DNA from: Haplodiscus bocki
Taxonomy: Eukaryota
Reading direction: 5' to 3'
Length of the DNA stretch: 64,000 nucleotides
Assembly: GCA_965655095.1 (NCBI GenBank)
Contig: OZ296657.1
Coordinates: 84,878,001 to 84,942,000 of the forward strand
Shown: positions 63,765 to 64,000 of the stretch, one piece after another
Layout: every line of letters begins with the position of its first letter
Position numbering within the stretch: the first letter of the stretch is position 1
Translations under genes and position numbers: made by a program
Notes under the pieces: model-generated
Seen by the model: only the letters and a program-made list of their open reading frames with translations
What the model was told of the DNA's origin: nothing
The model's database searches: none

Positions 63765-64000
63765 TTAGACTGACGAAAAATCGTAACCATTTGAGTTCTC
63801 TAAACAGAAGAAGAAGTGTGAAGAAATTCGGAAAGACTGTGGTTGGAGAAACCAAAAAACTGCAAATTTTTTGAAACAGCGACCTGTTTGTCGGTTTGTA
63901 GTGTCACTGAATGTACTTCCATATTTGTAGTGTCCATAAGCAAATGAAGAAAAACCATTATCCAGAAGGAAGCGTTTGTCGTCAAATGAGCTCACTGTGA
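63765..64000 (-). pseudogene. pPolB C-terminus
   Basis: SLSSFDDKRFLLDNGFSSFAYGHYK matches the LS.FDDKR...AYGHY C-terminal motif of Polinton pPolBs. Confidence 0.8.

Larger units (their letters stand above)
52900..64000. mobile_element. Second Polinton/Maverick (adintovirus-like) element, decayed, runs off the window end
   Basis: Collinear ATPase, integrase, minor capsid, core-like, MCP and protease on + and a converging pPolB C-terminus on -. The left boundary and TIR were not identified. Confidence 0.9.

Overview
AT-rich metazoan genomic DNA with GT-AG introns. The repeat vocabulary is reminiscent of acoel flatworm genomes, but this is unverified. The only intact host gene is a minus-strand SEC24C/D (COPII coat) gene. 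Ten coding exons between 27382 and 2333 splice in frame to 1028 codons, and the C-terminal exons lie beyond the window start. Its introns hold three inserts: a degenerate CRE-type RLE retrotransposon (about 100-1900), an antisense 7TM/GPCR pseudogene (about 4412-6670), and, in a 15 kb intron, a fully bounded Polinton/Maverick (adintovirus-like) element at 9938-20998 with AGTAGT...ACTACT termini and a 6-bp TSD (CCTATC). That element has an unusual layout: both arms end in an outward-facing major capsid protein (MCP) gene. It is preceded by a 1.3 kb duplication that switches template into an inverted copy of the opposite arm. The region 29-52 kb is a graveyard of L2/CR1-like LINEs, Helitron-like ends, SINE-like pieces and possible Tc1/mariner and LTR remnants. 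From about 53 kb to the window end lies a second, distinct, decayed Polinton (ATPase, integrase, minor capsid, core-protein-like ORF, MCP, protease, pPolB C-terminus). Its integrase appears to carry an N-terminal PHD finger and to lack the usual C-terminal chromodomain.
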